From assembly GCA_951406725.2 (NCBI GenBank), contig OX597818.1:74710001-74774000 (forward strand): a DNA stretch of 64,000 bases, given 5' to 3'. Of this stretch, positions 41,853-55,920 are shown piece after piece. This stretch comes from Octopus vulgaris. Taxonomy: Eukaryota. The notes under the pieces were generated by a model, which ran no database searches, was not told where the DNA came from, and saw only the letters and a list, made by a program, of their open reading frames with translations. Each line of letters begins with the position of its first letter. Position 1 is the stretch's first letter. A program made the position numbers and the translations under genes.

Positions 41853-42459
41853 TACATACACACAAATGCGACAAAGATATTTTATTCCACACGAGTAGAA
41901 ATATCGGTATAGTAGGATTTGAAAATGCACTAAGAATAGTTAGACTATTTTTTCTCAATATATTTATAGATCTAACCGGTTTCACAGTTAACATTGATTT
42001 TCAAAAAGTTCAAATAGAAATACGTGGCATATATTGCAGCTCTCTTAGTTCTGACGAGTGTTTGAAGTTTACCCTATTTTTATAGGGAATTCCTGGCTAA
42101 ACTTAGTATATGTTTTGAATAGGATTTGATTGATAGAGGATAGTCACATGACTAGTCTTAGAACTTTTTGTAGATAACCAACTACGTCCATGTGTTAGTA
42201 TGAGGTGACAATGTTTGGCGTCAAAAGTTAAGGGTGACACGATTGACTGAACATGTCTAAGCAATCAATGCTCTAAAAGTTTTCTCTCAGGTTTTTAGAG
42301 AGAATCAACACATAATTAACTTTATAACTTTTTGTGCGTTTCCTGCTACATCGGTACATTAGTGTCACGTGACAGTATATTTTGGCTCTAAAAATCCCGA
42401 CACAGTAGAGTGAAATGATTAGTTATAGCCAAGACACTGCAAGTTTAATTGTCTGGTGG

Positions 42460-43085
42460 GTGAGTGCACATGAGTCGTTTTCTTTGTCTATCTGTGCTTC
42501 ATCTGTGGTATTCGCTGAACATAGAGTGGGAAAACCTGGAATTTTAGCGACTTATTTTTTGCACATACATCTATGAGTCTAATCAGTTGAATCTATCTAG
42601 TATTGAGGTCTCGTATTTGTTGTCGGTGAATGGTCAATCTATTTCTTACAATAAGCTTTGTTTGACCTATGTAATCTTCATTACATTGTTTACATTTGAT
42701 AGCATATATTGAATTCCTTGAAGAACATGTAAAGTCATTTTTTACGGTAAAAATTTGTCCTGATTTGAAATTCAACGCTGCATCTTTAATATGGTTGATG
42801 CAGATCCTGCAATCGGGGCGGCAGCACTTTTTGATGGTCGGTGTAGCAATTTTGGAAGGTAATTTAGCATTTGTGAGTAATTTTTTGAGGAACTTTTATT
42901 GGCATTTCCTTTTGATTATTTTGTGTATTTTGAGTACTTGATTCATTCTTAGGGCCTGTTTAAGTAGCAGGATGTTCTGGTGCATAATATTGTAAATCTC
43001 TGTGTTTCTTGGGTTGTATGTTGTAAAAAAGGGTATTGGACGTATCTGGAGCGATTTCCGATTTTCGCATTTCTTCGATATTTAT
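42460..43085 (-). mobile_element. Decayed Penelope-like (Neptune-type) GIY-YIG fragment
   Basis: PFFTTYNPRN, KKCCRPDCRIC, FTCSSRNSIYAIKCKQCNEDYIGQT...RLTIHRQQI; contains stops and frameshifts. Confidence 0.9.
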
Positions 43086-43573
43086 TGTCTTTTGTTGTAA
43101 TATATAAATAATATTTGATATCTATCAATTATTCATTTTATCTCCATTTTCTCATTTTTCCTTAAATAAAGTGAAACTTCGGTTTATTCCTTTTCCTATC
43201 TAACATTTATGAGCACTAATATTAGTACTCGTAATCACATATAGGTAATACACCAGTAATTCATTGGATACAAATATCTCTTAGACGGTGTTTATAACCT
43301 CTAATTGAACTCACCAATACACACACATACACACAGACACACAGACACACACACACACACACGCACACACACACACACATATATATATATATAGTTTCAA
43401 TTTATAGAAAAAGAAAAGACGAAGATACGAAGACAAGGGTAGGAACAACAAACAAATGTTTTAGTTTGACAGTCGGGAAAATGAAAAAGTCTTTTACATC
43501 TCGATCCTACATTCTTTGACAGAAAATAATTACAGGAAATAAAGAGAATAAATGTATTTATCTATGCATATAA

Positions 43574-44037
43574 ATATTATTCTTAAACAAGAATATTATT
43601 GACAGTGATTTCGAAGTTTAGGCAAGTTAAGCCATCGTTGCACTACGATGCAATGAAGTTGACTTTGGTTTTATTTAGTCTCTGTGGAATTAAAAATATT
43701 CCTTAGGTACGTGGCTTTGAGAGACGTACTGATTATGTTTTAGGTTGGGTTGTTATGGAGAAGTGTTTTGGATAAATTGTCATTGATAAAATTTGGGGTT
43801 ATGTTATTATTCACATGCATGTTTTGTTCATATGCATGACAGACTTTATAAGCAGACTTTACATTAGGTTTTCTATTTTGATGCGTAGGTAGATGATGTG
43901 TTAGTAGGAAGATTTTTAACTCATCTGAGGCTATATAAGTCCAATGTTACCGTCAATGCATCGCAGTCCGACGACGGCTTCACTGGCAAAAACTTTGAAG
44001 TCACTATGAATAATATTCTCGTCTAAGAATAATAAAT
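43574..44037. repeat. Degenerate inverted repeat (~130-bp arms), related to the element at 2010-2280
   Basis: TTATTCTTAAACAAGAATATTATT...AAGCCATCGTTGCACTACGATGCA versus TGCATCGCAGTCCGACGACGGCTT...AATAATATTCTCGTCTAAGAATAA. Confidence 0.75.
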
Positions 44038-45355
44038 TTGTATTGTACAAAATTGCAGAGTAACATATATTAACGTAAAATCGTTTTTATTATACCAGGC
44101 CTGCGCACAGTTAGGCTCACCCAATTCTGTATAAATGAATACTGTATATTTGTTTACACAGAATTGAGCGCCGTGAGTTTATAATTGAAGACACTTGAGC
44201 CAGATAGTGCAGCAACGCCAGTCAGAAACCAAGTGTATGTGAAGCGAGTTTGTTAACTATGAAGACATTCCTGAACCTACATGTATCGTATAGAAATACA
44301 TCCAGACGGCTGTGGCCTTTAGCTTTATGCTTGCACAAGGTAGTATGATGTACATTTCATTTAAAACAACAGCAAAAACAATATATAGAATTTCTCCTCC
44401 CGTATGCTATGACACTAGGTGTGTAAGAGCACAATTCCTGCGATACTAGCATACTTAATAAATAATATATTACGCATCGAAGTTAGAATGGTTTGCAGTA
44501 TTCGTTTGAATTCCTTGTGTCGTTAGTTCAATTTCCACTGAGGCTGACTCTGTTTTTTATTCTTTTGAAATCGATAAATATAATATTAGTCAAATAATGA
44601 AGTCCCTCACTCTTTCGTAGATATTTTTCTCTGGAAGTAATCGTTTGTTTTCAGACTTAATGAAAGAAGGACATTGCTAGAATTAAAAGAGTCACGACAC
44701 GTTGTATGACCCGAGGTCTCAGAATACCTAACACTATGCTATTTATACAATTAACATTTATATTGCTGTTGGGTAATTAAAAGTTAAAGAGAAACAATTA
44801 CATATATTCAATACTTCATTTGAGGTCAGCTGTTCTTCTTATAACAATGAAATGCAACCGTAATTTATGAGACGATAAATATTCGGATTCTGTTAACAGC
44901 AATCAGAAGCAAAGGAATCGAAATTCAAGGATTGTCACTGAAATTAATTAAACGTCGTCATATAGTACTGGGGCTGCCATATTTAGATGTAATTAAAATA
45001 ACGGCTTTGATGCATGAGTAAATACTTGACTGCAAATGCTAACATATGGTACTGGCAATGAGCAATGATTTGCAATGTTTCTCCCAGAGCGACTTAATAA
45101 TTGATGGTGCATTATGTATATATGTATGTATGTAGGTAGGTAGGTATGTGTGTACGTATATATGTTAGTATATATGTGAGTGTGTATGCATACACACACA
45201 TGTATACATATCTGTCTATCAATACAGTGACATATACATAACAAATACATGCACATATATACGTACATGCATACATGCATACGTACATTCACACATACGC
45301 ATATATATGTGTGTCTATATATATATATGTGTGTATATAGATATGTATATATATG

Positions 45356-45386
<31 letters not shown>

Positions 45387-45435
45387 TATACATATACATA
45401 TATTTATATATATATACATATATATTCATATATAC

Positions 45436-45503
<68 letters not shown>

Positions 45504-47002
45504 AACATTCACGAGGTTTGTGTTTTGCTAGGTCGTGGGTCGGTTGCGGTTTTTAGGCGTAAGGAATATATTCTTTATACACCTGGTGTAAAAAAACACG
45601 ACAGTAAGTCATAATGAAGCTAAACAACTTAAATAGGTCCTTCGAGGAGCGACAGGATGATGCTTCGTCATTGCCAGAACTAAAATGGCGTCACATTTTA
45701 TATCGATGAAATGTATTCCTATGTTTCTTCTGCTTCTTTATGTTCTGAAGTTAACTTCAACCGTGGTCAACTCTGCCTTTCGTCCTTTCCAGCTCGATAA
45801 AATATAATATCAGTCAAGTATTGGAAATAATAGCATCAACTAACTCTCGACACTCAATATTATTGGCTTTCTTTCTAAGTTATAAACCGCTAATTACCAA
45901 CTTCTGTCCGTACACTTAAAGCAAGTCTTGTATTAAATAATGGAGGAAAAGGTTCAACATTTCGATGCAGTTTAGAAGTTTAATTTTATATTTCTAAATA
46001 ATATGACATTGGTTTAGTGAAGGAGAAATCTTTAATATTTTAATGGGTGATAAATTTTATCTTGCTTTAATTGGCGAGGAGTTCGAAAGAATTTTTCTTC
46101 GACCTTAGTATTTATAAAATCTATTACTCGAGTTGCATAACATGAAATCACAACATTCACCCGTGAACAGAATGTCGATTGGTTGCAGCGCTAGAGGAAG
46201 AAACAAATCATTTTCGTGGACCACAATACTTGACTGCTACCATATTTTCTTGACCCAGAGGGCCTGAAAAGCAAATTTGATCTCAGCTGGATTTGAATTC
46301 AGGAAGTGAGTAACCAGTTTTTTGTTCGACGTGCTAACAATTCTGCTGGCTCACTGCCCTCGCATAACATCTATGGTTGTTTAATTTTAAACATTTTAAT
46401 GAATAAATAATATGTCTTAGAGAGAGACACTCGAATAAGCATGGTCACTTTACCCTAGCTAAAATTTAGATTATGCTAGGGAACTTGTTTGATGAAGTAT
46501 AGTCACATTCTTTATGTTTGTGTAATTTCTAAGCCAGAAGTAAGCAATTCTTATACAATTATCACACCACTATTACCGTTATAATGGAAAAATTAATGAA
46601 TATGCTATGACATTGGTCAAAATAAAACTACATGCTTAATTTATCTGTTAACCAACCGATTTTAATTTATGCAATATTAATCAAGAACGCAGATGCGAAG
46701 AGTCAAGAGTTCTTAATTTTCTTTAGAAGTTAATGATCCTTAGAATATTCTTCGCCGTTACTCCATAAAATATTAAAAAAAAGGAATGGACGCTTTAGAC
46801 ACTGTAGAAGATGTTTAGCAAATATCGTTTTCTGCACTATTATTTCTGGTCGTATCGATTTTCAGTTGAACAAAAAATAATGTTAAGCATACTTCGTCTC
46901 TTTTCCGATTCGGCAAATAAATTAGATGAAAATTAAAATGTCGAAGATTACTTTCATTATAATAGAATTGGAGAAATCGTCTTTTAATAGTCGTATAATT
47001 TC

Positions 47003-47137
<135 letters not shown>

Positions 47138-47987
47138 AAGAAGAAGAAGAAGAAGAAGAAGAAGAAGAATATTAACAATAACAACAGCAAAACAGCAACT
47201 ACATCCTCAGCAGCAATATAAAACGTTATTGTACAGATCAAGGTCAAAATGAATGGGCTACCAGAGAGACTGACATGAATTCTAATTAACCTCGTGACTA
47301 TGTAAGGGGTGCGGCAAAACCCACAAAAACCTCAAATTTACCATTCTTGATAAACATTTCAAGGGCAAACGCACAACGTTCACTGGTCCAAATAATGATG
47401 ATTAGTGAAACAAAAGAAAACAATAAAATCTTAGCCCCAGCAAAAAATGTCACTGCCTAACTTTACTAGTACAACATCAATGGATGAATAAATTATGGGA
47501 GGTTTTTGTGTAGGCATATTTCTGCAGTTAAGACGTTCTTGTTGCTACCACGCAGCTTCTACTACGATTCTACAGCACGACAATTTACAAAGTTCTTTTT
47601 CATATACCCTCACTCAAATTAATGAGATTTAATGGCCAGAATCTTTATGGAAACCCGTCAGAGATTTAGTTGTGTTTTAAGAAGTAAACTAAATTGTTCT
47701 CCTTATATGAACAGACTGAATAAGCTCGATTGATATTAATATTTGAAATATGTCTGAAAATAACTTTACGACTTTCCTGCGGATATATGTATGTACGCAC
47801 GCACACACACACACACACACATACACACGCACCTACACACACACACAAACACATTCATATATTATTTGATAAGAATTTAGAAATTTCTTGAGAGCCTGAA
47901 ATAATTATTCTTGAAAGGTAAAATTCGGTGTTTATAAAATATGTAAATATATGTGCATTTTCGTTTTATAATCCCCGAATTACACAG

Positions 47988-48074
<87 letters not shown>

Positions 48075-48092
48075 TGTATGTATGTATGTATG

Positions 48093-48124
<32 letters not shown>

Positions 48125-48497
48125 CAAATAAAAATTGGGGTGATAACATACATATATACTGACACTCTTCGCATTTTCTTTTTGCAGAGTTTATAATCGG
48201 GACAAATTCTAATATAATCTGAATCTTAACAATATCTATACCATTTGAAATGTATTTGTAGGAAACTTATTTTTTTTAAGTATCCACGTTTCTGAAAGTT
48301 ATGTGGAAAGATATTCATAAGAACACGTCTTTAGGTTTGGTTCAACTAACACCGACCGGTTACTGTATATCATTGTGAATCATTACAGGAACTTCACATT
48401 AAAAATATATCATTTTACTTATAGACATAGATATACAATCACAAACACACACACGCAATCACTCGCATACACATACATAAGCTGATTTAGCCTCTTT

Positions 48498-48542
<45 letters not shown>

Positions 48543-48551
48543 ATATGTATA

Positions 48552-48587
<36 letters not shown>

Positions 48588-48597
48588 TGTATGTATG

Positions 48598-48628
<31 letters not shown>

Positions 48629-48855
48629 TATAACGTGCATATCTGTCTGTGTATATCTGTATACCCAGACAATAATACGGCCAAATTTGACGACAGAATA
48701 AATAGCACAGGCAATGACTTATTTGACCGACCACAAGGGTTATGACACTTTGATTTTTGGGGTAGTAAACAATTCCATTCATGAAAAGTAGTTGGACAAT
48801 TCTATATAAGCAAGGAAAAATAACCTTACTTTAAGGTTTTGTAAAAAAAAGCAAC

Positions 48856-51155
48856 AACACTCTCAACTGAAGAAATCTGACACCAATTTTAACCCAAATA
48901 TTCTAGGGGGCGTGGGTTCATAATGCCTGCTCAAGTTTTTACGAAATTTGGTGTGCTGATGTAATGCAATGCAGAAACAGTATATCTGAATTTTCAGCTT
49001 TCACCTTTATGTAGAGTTTTTAATTTGTTACCACTTAGGCTCTACTTCAGGAAATATCTTTTTCCTGTCCTTTTTATTTCTTTGACGCTAAAAACTCTGA
49101 CTATATTAACTGTTTTTCAGAATAGTAGGCTTATCCATCTACATTATCTAAAATAATGTCTCATAAGAGTAGTGCATGTGTCACTCAAAGAAACAAAAAC
49201 ATCTGGACGACGAATCTCGTGCAATTTCAAGACTTACGCAGGAAAAGAAAACATGTTCCTCTAGAAGAGCATTTTTTGGAAAACAGCTGCAGGGTACCAA
49301 TGATACTTCATATCTGTAGTTGCTACCTGTTCCTTGGAGATACCATTAGAGGAAGGAAAGAAAGAACTAAGGAAATTTCGAAAGAAGTACCTTCTTTTAT
49401 GGCAAAAGAAATTAAAATTCCCATATTTATCACTTCAAAATGTGCAAGGAAGAGTAGAAAAGTGCTTAATACCTATGATAAATGTGTAAAAAGAGGAAAA
49501 TACGATTCATTGAAAGGAATTTTTGACATTACAAAAGAAAACGGTGAATGGCTATGCAGTGAGGATAGAAGGTTATATTATCTTGAAATTGAAAGCAAGG
49601 GACAGTATGGGTATGGAACTGGAAAGGCAGCCATCCATCCAAAAGAAGGAAAGTGTCCTTAATGCCTACTCCGACCAGAGCAACTCCAGTGTCATCGTCA
49701 ACGTCTAAGGCAGAGACTGAAAGTGAATATGAAGAGTCCGAAAACCAAATGAAGAATCCACACTAACAAGAAAACACTACATTTAGAAAACTGGTCATTG
49801 CAGTTTGATGGTAAACGTATTGATGACCAAGATTACCAAGTGCTAGTTTTAAAGAATGAACAAAGAGAATTTAAGTTAGAAGCACTCCAATTACCAAACG
49901 GAAAAGTCGATACTGTTGTGAAAGAAATAACAGCTGCTTTAGATGAATACAATTTATGGAACGGTGTAAAGATGATTGCCACTGATGCAACGAGTGTGAA
50001 CATTGGGAAAATAAATAGCATTATCATTCAGTTGAAGAGACTGTTTACCCAAAAAGGTTTGAAAGAACCGCAATTTATTTGTTGTCAGCATCATATCCTT
50101 GATAGAGTTCTTCGTGTTGTAATGGATAACAAACTTGGAGAAAAAGTAGTCATCTCACAGTATTGAATATACATTTATCCCAGAGCTTCTAAGTAATTAC
50201 GAGAAACTCCAGGGTAATTTCAACAATGGTGAAGAAAAGATTATTGAATCAGCAGGATGGCAATATGACATGAAATTTCTCTTTCATTTGACCAAAGATT
50301 TTCGTTTCTTGGAAGAAACCGGAAAAATTCCTACTGTAAAGTTTCAAAAATACCCTAATTAAGTAATGCACGATGGAATTCTCGAGCAATACTAGTTCTG
50401 TTGGCATTTATTTTTCTACCAAAGAAAGGAGTTTTGCTTCTCAATGTTTGTCGATTCATCTCTTACAGCTGGGCAGATTTTTGGTTTACTGACAAAATGT
50501 TGAATGCACATGATTATCAGAAGTTATGTGGTAGCCTGCAAGTTCATAAAAAAGCATTGCAGAGGAAAACCATAAAAACTGGAAATTCCCAGAACAAATC
50601 AGAGTGCAGAACGGCAATCAAGTGCCTTCAAGTTCTTTATGAAGAAAAGGAGAAAATTCAGCTTCGATTTATTTTATCTAGCATAACATATTAATTCTTT
50701 ATTATGTTTAAAAGTTTGCTAACATTCAGCAGCCTTTTTCTTAAAAGTTATTTAAAGTTGGAATTAAACATATAAAGTTAATTTTTTTGTTTTTAATTTT
50801 GTATGTTAACGAATGCTTGTAGTGAGCTCTATCTTAAAATAGACTAGTTTTTAACATTTGCATAGAGCAATTTCATTTCAGTAACCTTACGAATGTATAG
50901 ATACACTTTTATTTTACATCTCCCTTGCATTTACTGAAATTGAATTTAGTGCCACCTAGTGACTAGAGTTAAAACCAGATCCACAACTCCGAAACCACTT
51001 CAACTAGAAAGTTGAAATTTCAAATATACTATTTCTGCATTGCATTAAGTCAGCACACCAAGTTTGGCAAAACCTTGAACAGCCGTTATGAGTCCAGATA
51101 GAATTCCGCATGATTTGGGTCAAAAGTGGTGATCATTTATTAAGTAGGGAGTGAT
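48856..51155 (+). mobile_element. Decayed hAT-superfamily (hATm-like) DNA transposon with ~150-bp inverted ends
   Basis: QFDGK, MIATDATSVNIG, CCQHHILD (CxxH), NARWNSRAI and RTNQSAER motifs, with frameshifts. 48856-49002 and 51007-51155 are reverse complements (TTTGGTGTGCTGA..TAATGCAATGCAGAAA.AGTATAT). Confidence 0.75.
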
Positions 51156-51493
51156 GTTTTTCTAATAAACAAAAATAAATGTTAATTTCATGACTTTTAT
51201 CAAATAATTCATCGAATTATAATATAGGGTTATTAGGTTGTGAAAAAGTCATAACTATACTGACCACTTCCAGGAGGTGATCTAATATCGCCGCAAAGCA
51301 ATGACTAAAACACAAAAAAGAATGAGGAATACAAATTTGAAACAAGATCTGAAACGAAAATGAAATGAAATTTGATATACACGTATGGTAAATTGAAAAT
51401 ATTACGCTCACACACGCATACACACATATATACACAAACACGCACACATACACACACCCACCCACACACGCACATACACGCACACACACACAT

Positions 51494-51533
<40 letters not shown>

Positions 51534-51650
51534 TCTAGGTATGGTAGATGAGTTCAGTAAAAATTTAGATTCAGATGAATATGGTACTTAAGTTGAGGCA
51601 TCAGAATTTAGTACGGTATTATCCATACAATTTCAATATAAGGTGATTAA

Positions 51651-51948
51651 AATCAAAATAAGCAGCAAGGATATCCAGAGGTCATGCAGTCCGATCGTTT
51701 CATGCAACTCCATTTATTTGAACAATGCAATCATTTCATTACATCAATTTAAGTTGGGAGTGATGTCTTTTCTAATAAACCGAAATAAAAGTTCTTTCAA
51801 CTATGATGTTGTAGGTACAACATGTTCTTTGTCTACCACCATAACATTTTAAATTGGTGTAATGAAATGATTGCATTGTTTAATTAAAATGGAGTGGCAT
51901 GAAACGATCGTACTGTATTACCTCTGGATATCCTTGTTGCTTATTTTG

Positions 51949-51951
<3 letters not shown>
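51651..51951. repeat. Fold-back inverted repeat (~100-bp arms) ending at (TA)n; pLTR-like fragment
   Basis: AATCAAAATAAGCAGCAAGGATATCCAGAGGT... / ...ACCTCTGGATATCCTTGTTGCTTATTTTGATT. The right arm has GAAACGATCGTA, like a hammerhead 3' half. Confidence 0.92.
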
Positions 51952-51986
<35 letters not shown>

Positions 51987-52126
51987 TACTTATTATATAT
52001 TGATCATTCATTTTTATACTTTTTGACATCTAGTTATATGTAAACATATATTATTTGTTATTTATGTTTTGGTTTATGTCTATCACTGTTTGGATTATAA
52101 TAGTGGTTTTATCTCCAATTTATATT

Positions 52127-52159
<33 letters not shown>

Positions 52160-52161
<2 letters not shown>

Positions 52162-52960
52162 GTGAGATTCTTCACGCCCTGACCCTGACGATTCTTTTGC
52201 CCCAACAGTCTGGTATCAGCGTCCATTTCTCCCCATGTAACATCGTGTTGCCAGATTTTTTCGCCTCCTCTTCTGAAAGAAAAGTTACTACTATAGTTCC
52301 ATATCTTCTTCCTCTTGTAATAAAACGTTATCTTCTCTTCCATGTTCACCACCAATATTTCCTCTATCTCTTCCTGCGGCGCGTGTTCCATTCTCCCATT
52401 TTCATTCGAAAATGTTCAGAATATAACCGTCTGGCTTTCTATATTTCTTTTTTCCTCCTCTGGCAAGGCCATTTTTATGTCTGACTCTTCCTTCTTTATC
52501 ATATCACAATACTTGGTTATTTTCTCTTCATTACACTCCAACATCTCCGGCTTTAGCACACGTGGGTCTATAGTATCTCGACCTCCAGTAGCTTCTGCGT
52601 AACTCTTCCTTTTTCAATAATTCACTACCACCCAACGATGGTGGCCTCGCAAAAGAAATCTCGATCAGTATTCTTCAAAAACAACAAAAACCGAGCCTGG
52701 TGGAGATGACTGTAGCTCGCCTCGGCCCGCAACATATATATTTCAGGCGAACACACAGTCACTGATTTTGCAACAAGCAAAAATGCTAGTTCTAAAATCC
52801 CTCTAAGAGATCAACACAGCAGTTCTACTGACAAGTAAGATTCCTAGCCACTTCAACACGCTCGCAATTTATCAGATGCAGCTCTGCATCGTTAACTCTT
52901 GGGGTTAAAAAATCGCAGTAGACTCCGTTCGAACAGACAGCCATATTGAATTGGCTACGA
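52160..52960 (-). mobile_element. 5' part (UTR + ORF1) of a LINE, degenerate
   Basis: Broken frame KRKSYAEATGG...ITRGRRYGTIVVTFLSEEEAKK...WTLIPDCWGKRIVRVR. SYA and RRM-like ORF1 character; the clade is not determinable. Confidence 0.55.
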
Positions 52961-52979
52961 ATATTATATATATATATAT

Positions 52980-53153
52980 ACACCTCCTTCTTTCTGTGTT
53001 TTTTTCTCTCTGTGTATCTTTCTGTTGAAGAGCGTAGGCTCGAAACGTTAAAGACTTGTTTTATTTATATTTCCTGAGCGCCATACTAATACAATTGTTT
53101 GTTTGTTTTCCACCTGCCTTCGTCTTTTGTCTATTTTCATAAAGCTTCCCGTT
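52980..53153 (+). mobile_element. Short (TA)n-flanked pLTR-like repeat with a hammerhead-like motif; degenerate minus-strand copy at ~43400-43550
   Basis: TCTTT-CTGTTGAA-GAGC-gtag-GCTC-GAAACGTT-AAAGA. The second copy reads TTCTGTCAAAGAATGTAGGATCGAGATGTAAAAGAC. Confidence 0.6.
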
Positions 53154-53502
53154 ATATATATATACATATATATATGGCATGTATGTATGTATGTACGCAT
53201 GAATATATGCATGTATAAATGTATGTGTTTGTATGTATGCATGTATGCACATATGTATGTATGTATGAGTGTATGTATGTACGTATGTATGTATGTGTGT
53301 ATGTATGTATGTAGATATATGATTAAATTTAAATTTCGTTTTAAACAACGCTTTTGAAATGACAAAGAAATTTAGACATGAAGACCATTTTCATTTATAT
53401 TCCGCCTGTCTTCTTTAGCCACTTATATCTATCTTGGAATATTTTCCTCCATTGATTTCATATATTTGTAGTCTGATTCTTTGTTTTCTGTTATATTTTC
53501 TT

Positions 53503-54196
53503 TACAATCACGTGGTTTCTCTCTACTGAAATTTCTATAATTCTATGGGGTATTATTTTCATTAGGGATTCTTTCTGGTGGGATTTTTTATATTCGTTTA
53601 ATTTGTTCAGTCATTAAACTGCGACCATGCTGCAGCACCACTTCAACGGATTTAGTCGAATGAGGTTTTTATTTTATATTTTGTAATCCGACACTTTTTC
53701 TACTGGTCATATGAAGAACCGCTAAGTGACAGGCACAAACCATAATCGATTATGAAATGTACCGGGGGCAGTATATATATGCATATATGTGTGTGTGAAT
53801 GGGTGTGTGCGTGTGTGTTAGTGACTTTAGATTTGTCCCCAGTATATTTCATAATCGATTATGGTTTGTGCCTGTCACTTAGCGGTTCATCATATGACCA
53901 GTAGAAAAAGTGTCGGATTACAAAATATAAAATAAAAACCTCATTCGACTAAATCCGTTGAAGTGGTGCTGCAGCATGGTCGCAGTTTAATGACTGAACA
54001 ACTTAAACGAATATAAAAAATCCCACCAGAAAGAATCCCCAATGAAAATAATACGCCATAGAATTATAGAAATTTCAGTAGAGAGAAACCACGTGATTGT
54101 ACATATATATATATGCATATGTGTGTGTGTGCATGGGTGTGTGCATGTGCGTTAGTGACTTTTGATTTGCCCCCAGTACATTTCATAATCGATTAT

Positions 54197-54201
<5 letters not shown>
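53503..54201. repeat. Recent local inverted duplication (~268-bp arms) of a decayed SINE plus flank, with a re-duplicated spacer
   Basis: 53503-53770 and 53835-54101 are near-identical reverse complements, and 54102-54201 repeats ~53772-53867. Confidence 0.95.
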
Positions 54202-54270
<69 letters not shown>

Positions 54271-54630
54271 TATATATGTGTGTAAGTCTCTGTACAACGA
54301 GCTTCAACACAGTAGTCATCTGCAAAAATCACTCATAAAGCATGTGTCCGCCTAATGTTGTTCTAAAAGATATTTTCCCAAGTTTCAGCTTAATAGACCT
54401 GGATCCAAGTCCATGCGAATATGAAGCAGTCCATTGCAATTTCCCTATCAAATTTTGTTTCTTGAATTACGCTTAATCTTTAACAATTTTAGGTAAATGA
54501 TTCGCACTCGTTTTGCAGGAATTAATATGATTTTCTGGCTCCTCACACGATTAACGTTTGTTACATTAATACCAACTGGCTCGTCTACATAGTGTATAGA
54601 TCATATATACAAAGTATTAATCATATGTAG

Positions 54631-54670
<40 letters not shown>

Positions 54671-54757
54671 GTGTGTGTGTATGTGTGCGTATGTACGAAT
54701 TGCATATGTATGTATTTATGTGTTTGTGTGTGTGTGAGTGTGTGCAAATACGAGAGG

Positions 54758-54790
<33 letters not shown>

Positions 54791-55599
54791 TTATATATAT
54801 AACATTATAATAAAAACCACAAACCACTGTAGTTGCAGCTACCCAGTAATATTTTGCAGCTAAAATATTTATTTCGTCACTTTTCAAGCAGATAAGACAG
54901 CGGTTTGACAGTTTGAAGCAGATAACCCTTAAATCAGAGAAAGCCCATAAGGGACAAGACGGAAAGAAAAACACATGGAATGTATCTAGCGTTACAACAA
55001 ACAATGATGTATAAAACGTAAACAAATCATTACGCAACATTGATTCAGATGTCGACGAGTAGGAATCCACAAAAAAGAATTGTGTGAAGTTCGTTTTATT
55101 TTTATTGTGGATGGATTTAAGCTAGCATATCACTAACTAGCATATCCATAGAAACAGGTTTGACGATCTCTTAATTTTATTATTAATGTTCCTTAAAAAC
55201 GTTTGGCTTGCTAAACCTAACTCAGTCGGGTTAATTAGTCTTACTTTGGTCTATTATGCAAATCAGGTTTATGATTCCTCAGTGAAATGAATATCTCCCA
55301 CTTGGCTAGCTACCATGTTAATAGAGTTGTAATTATTTATATCATATTTTTTATATTTATTCATAATGCTATTAGTTAATGATGTATTATGCATATCTTT
55401 ATCTACCTCTTATAGATTGCTAGTTTTGTCCGAGAATATAAACTTATATGAGTTTTTAAATAGTCATATATCTTTAGATTGAAAATGATTACAGCAAGGG
55501 TACTTACTAAACTTAATCGTGGAAATAAGGTTCAGTAATTTGGTCTCGAGAGAAACAAGGTCTTTGACATGTGAAGGACATATGTGTGATTTAATATGA

Positions 55600-55803
55600 A
55601 GGCGACAGATTGGCAGAATCTTTAGCACGCTGTACAAAATGCTTAGTTATTTCAACACGTTCTGAGTTCAAATGCTGCTGAGGTCGACTTTAGGTTTCAC
55701 TCATTTTGAGTTCGATGAATTAACAACCACTTGAACTTTGAGGTCGATATATTGTACTAGGGCAGGCCCGTAGAAATTGCTAGCTTTGTGCCAAAATTTG
55801 AAA
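55600..55803 (+). mobile_element. SINE family C, degenerate (other remnants at ~6690, 38750, 46190, 58016)
   Basis: TGGCAGAATC.TTAGCACGC...TTCTGAGTTCAAAT...GAGGTCGACTTT...TTGTGCCAAAATTTGAAA. Confidence 0.8.
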
Positions 55804-55865
55804 TCATTAATATCATTAATAATGTAGTAGCAGTAGTAGTAGTAGAAGTAGCAGCAGCAGCAGTG

Positions 55866-55920
<55 letters not shown>

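Noticed and set aside
45520-45695. Possible solo LTR (TG start, TATA-like motif on the minus strand)
   Set aside because: No TSD, PBS/PPT or second copy in the window.
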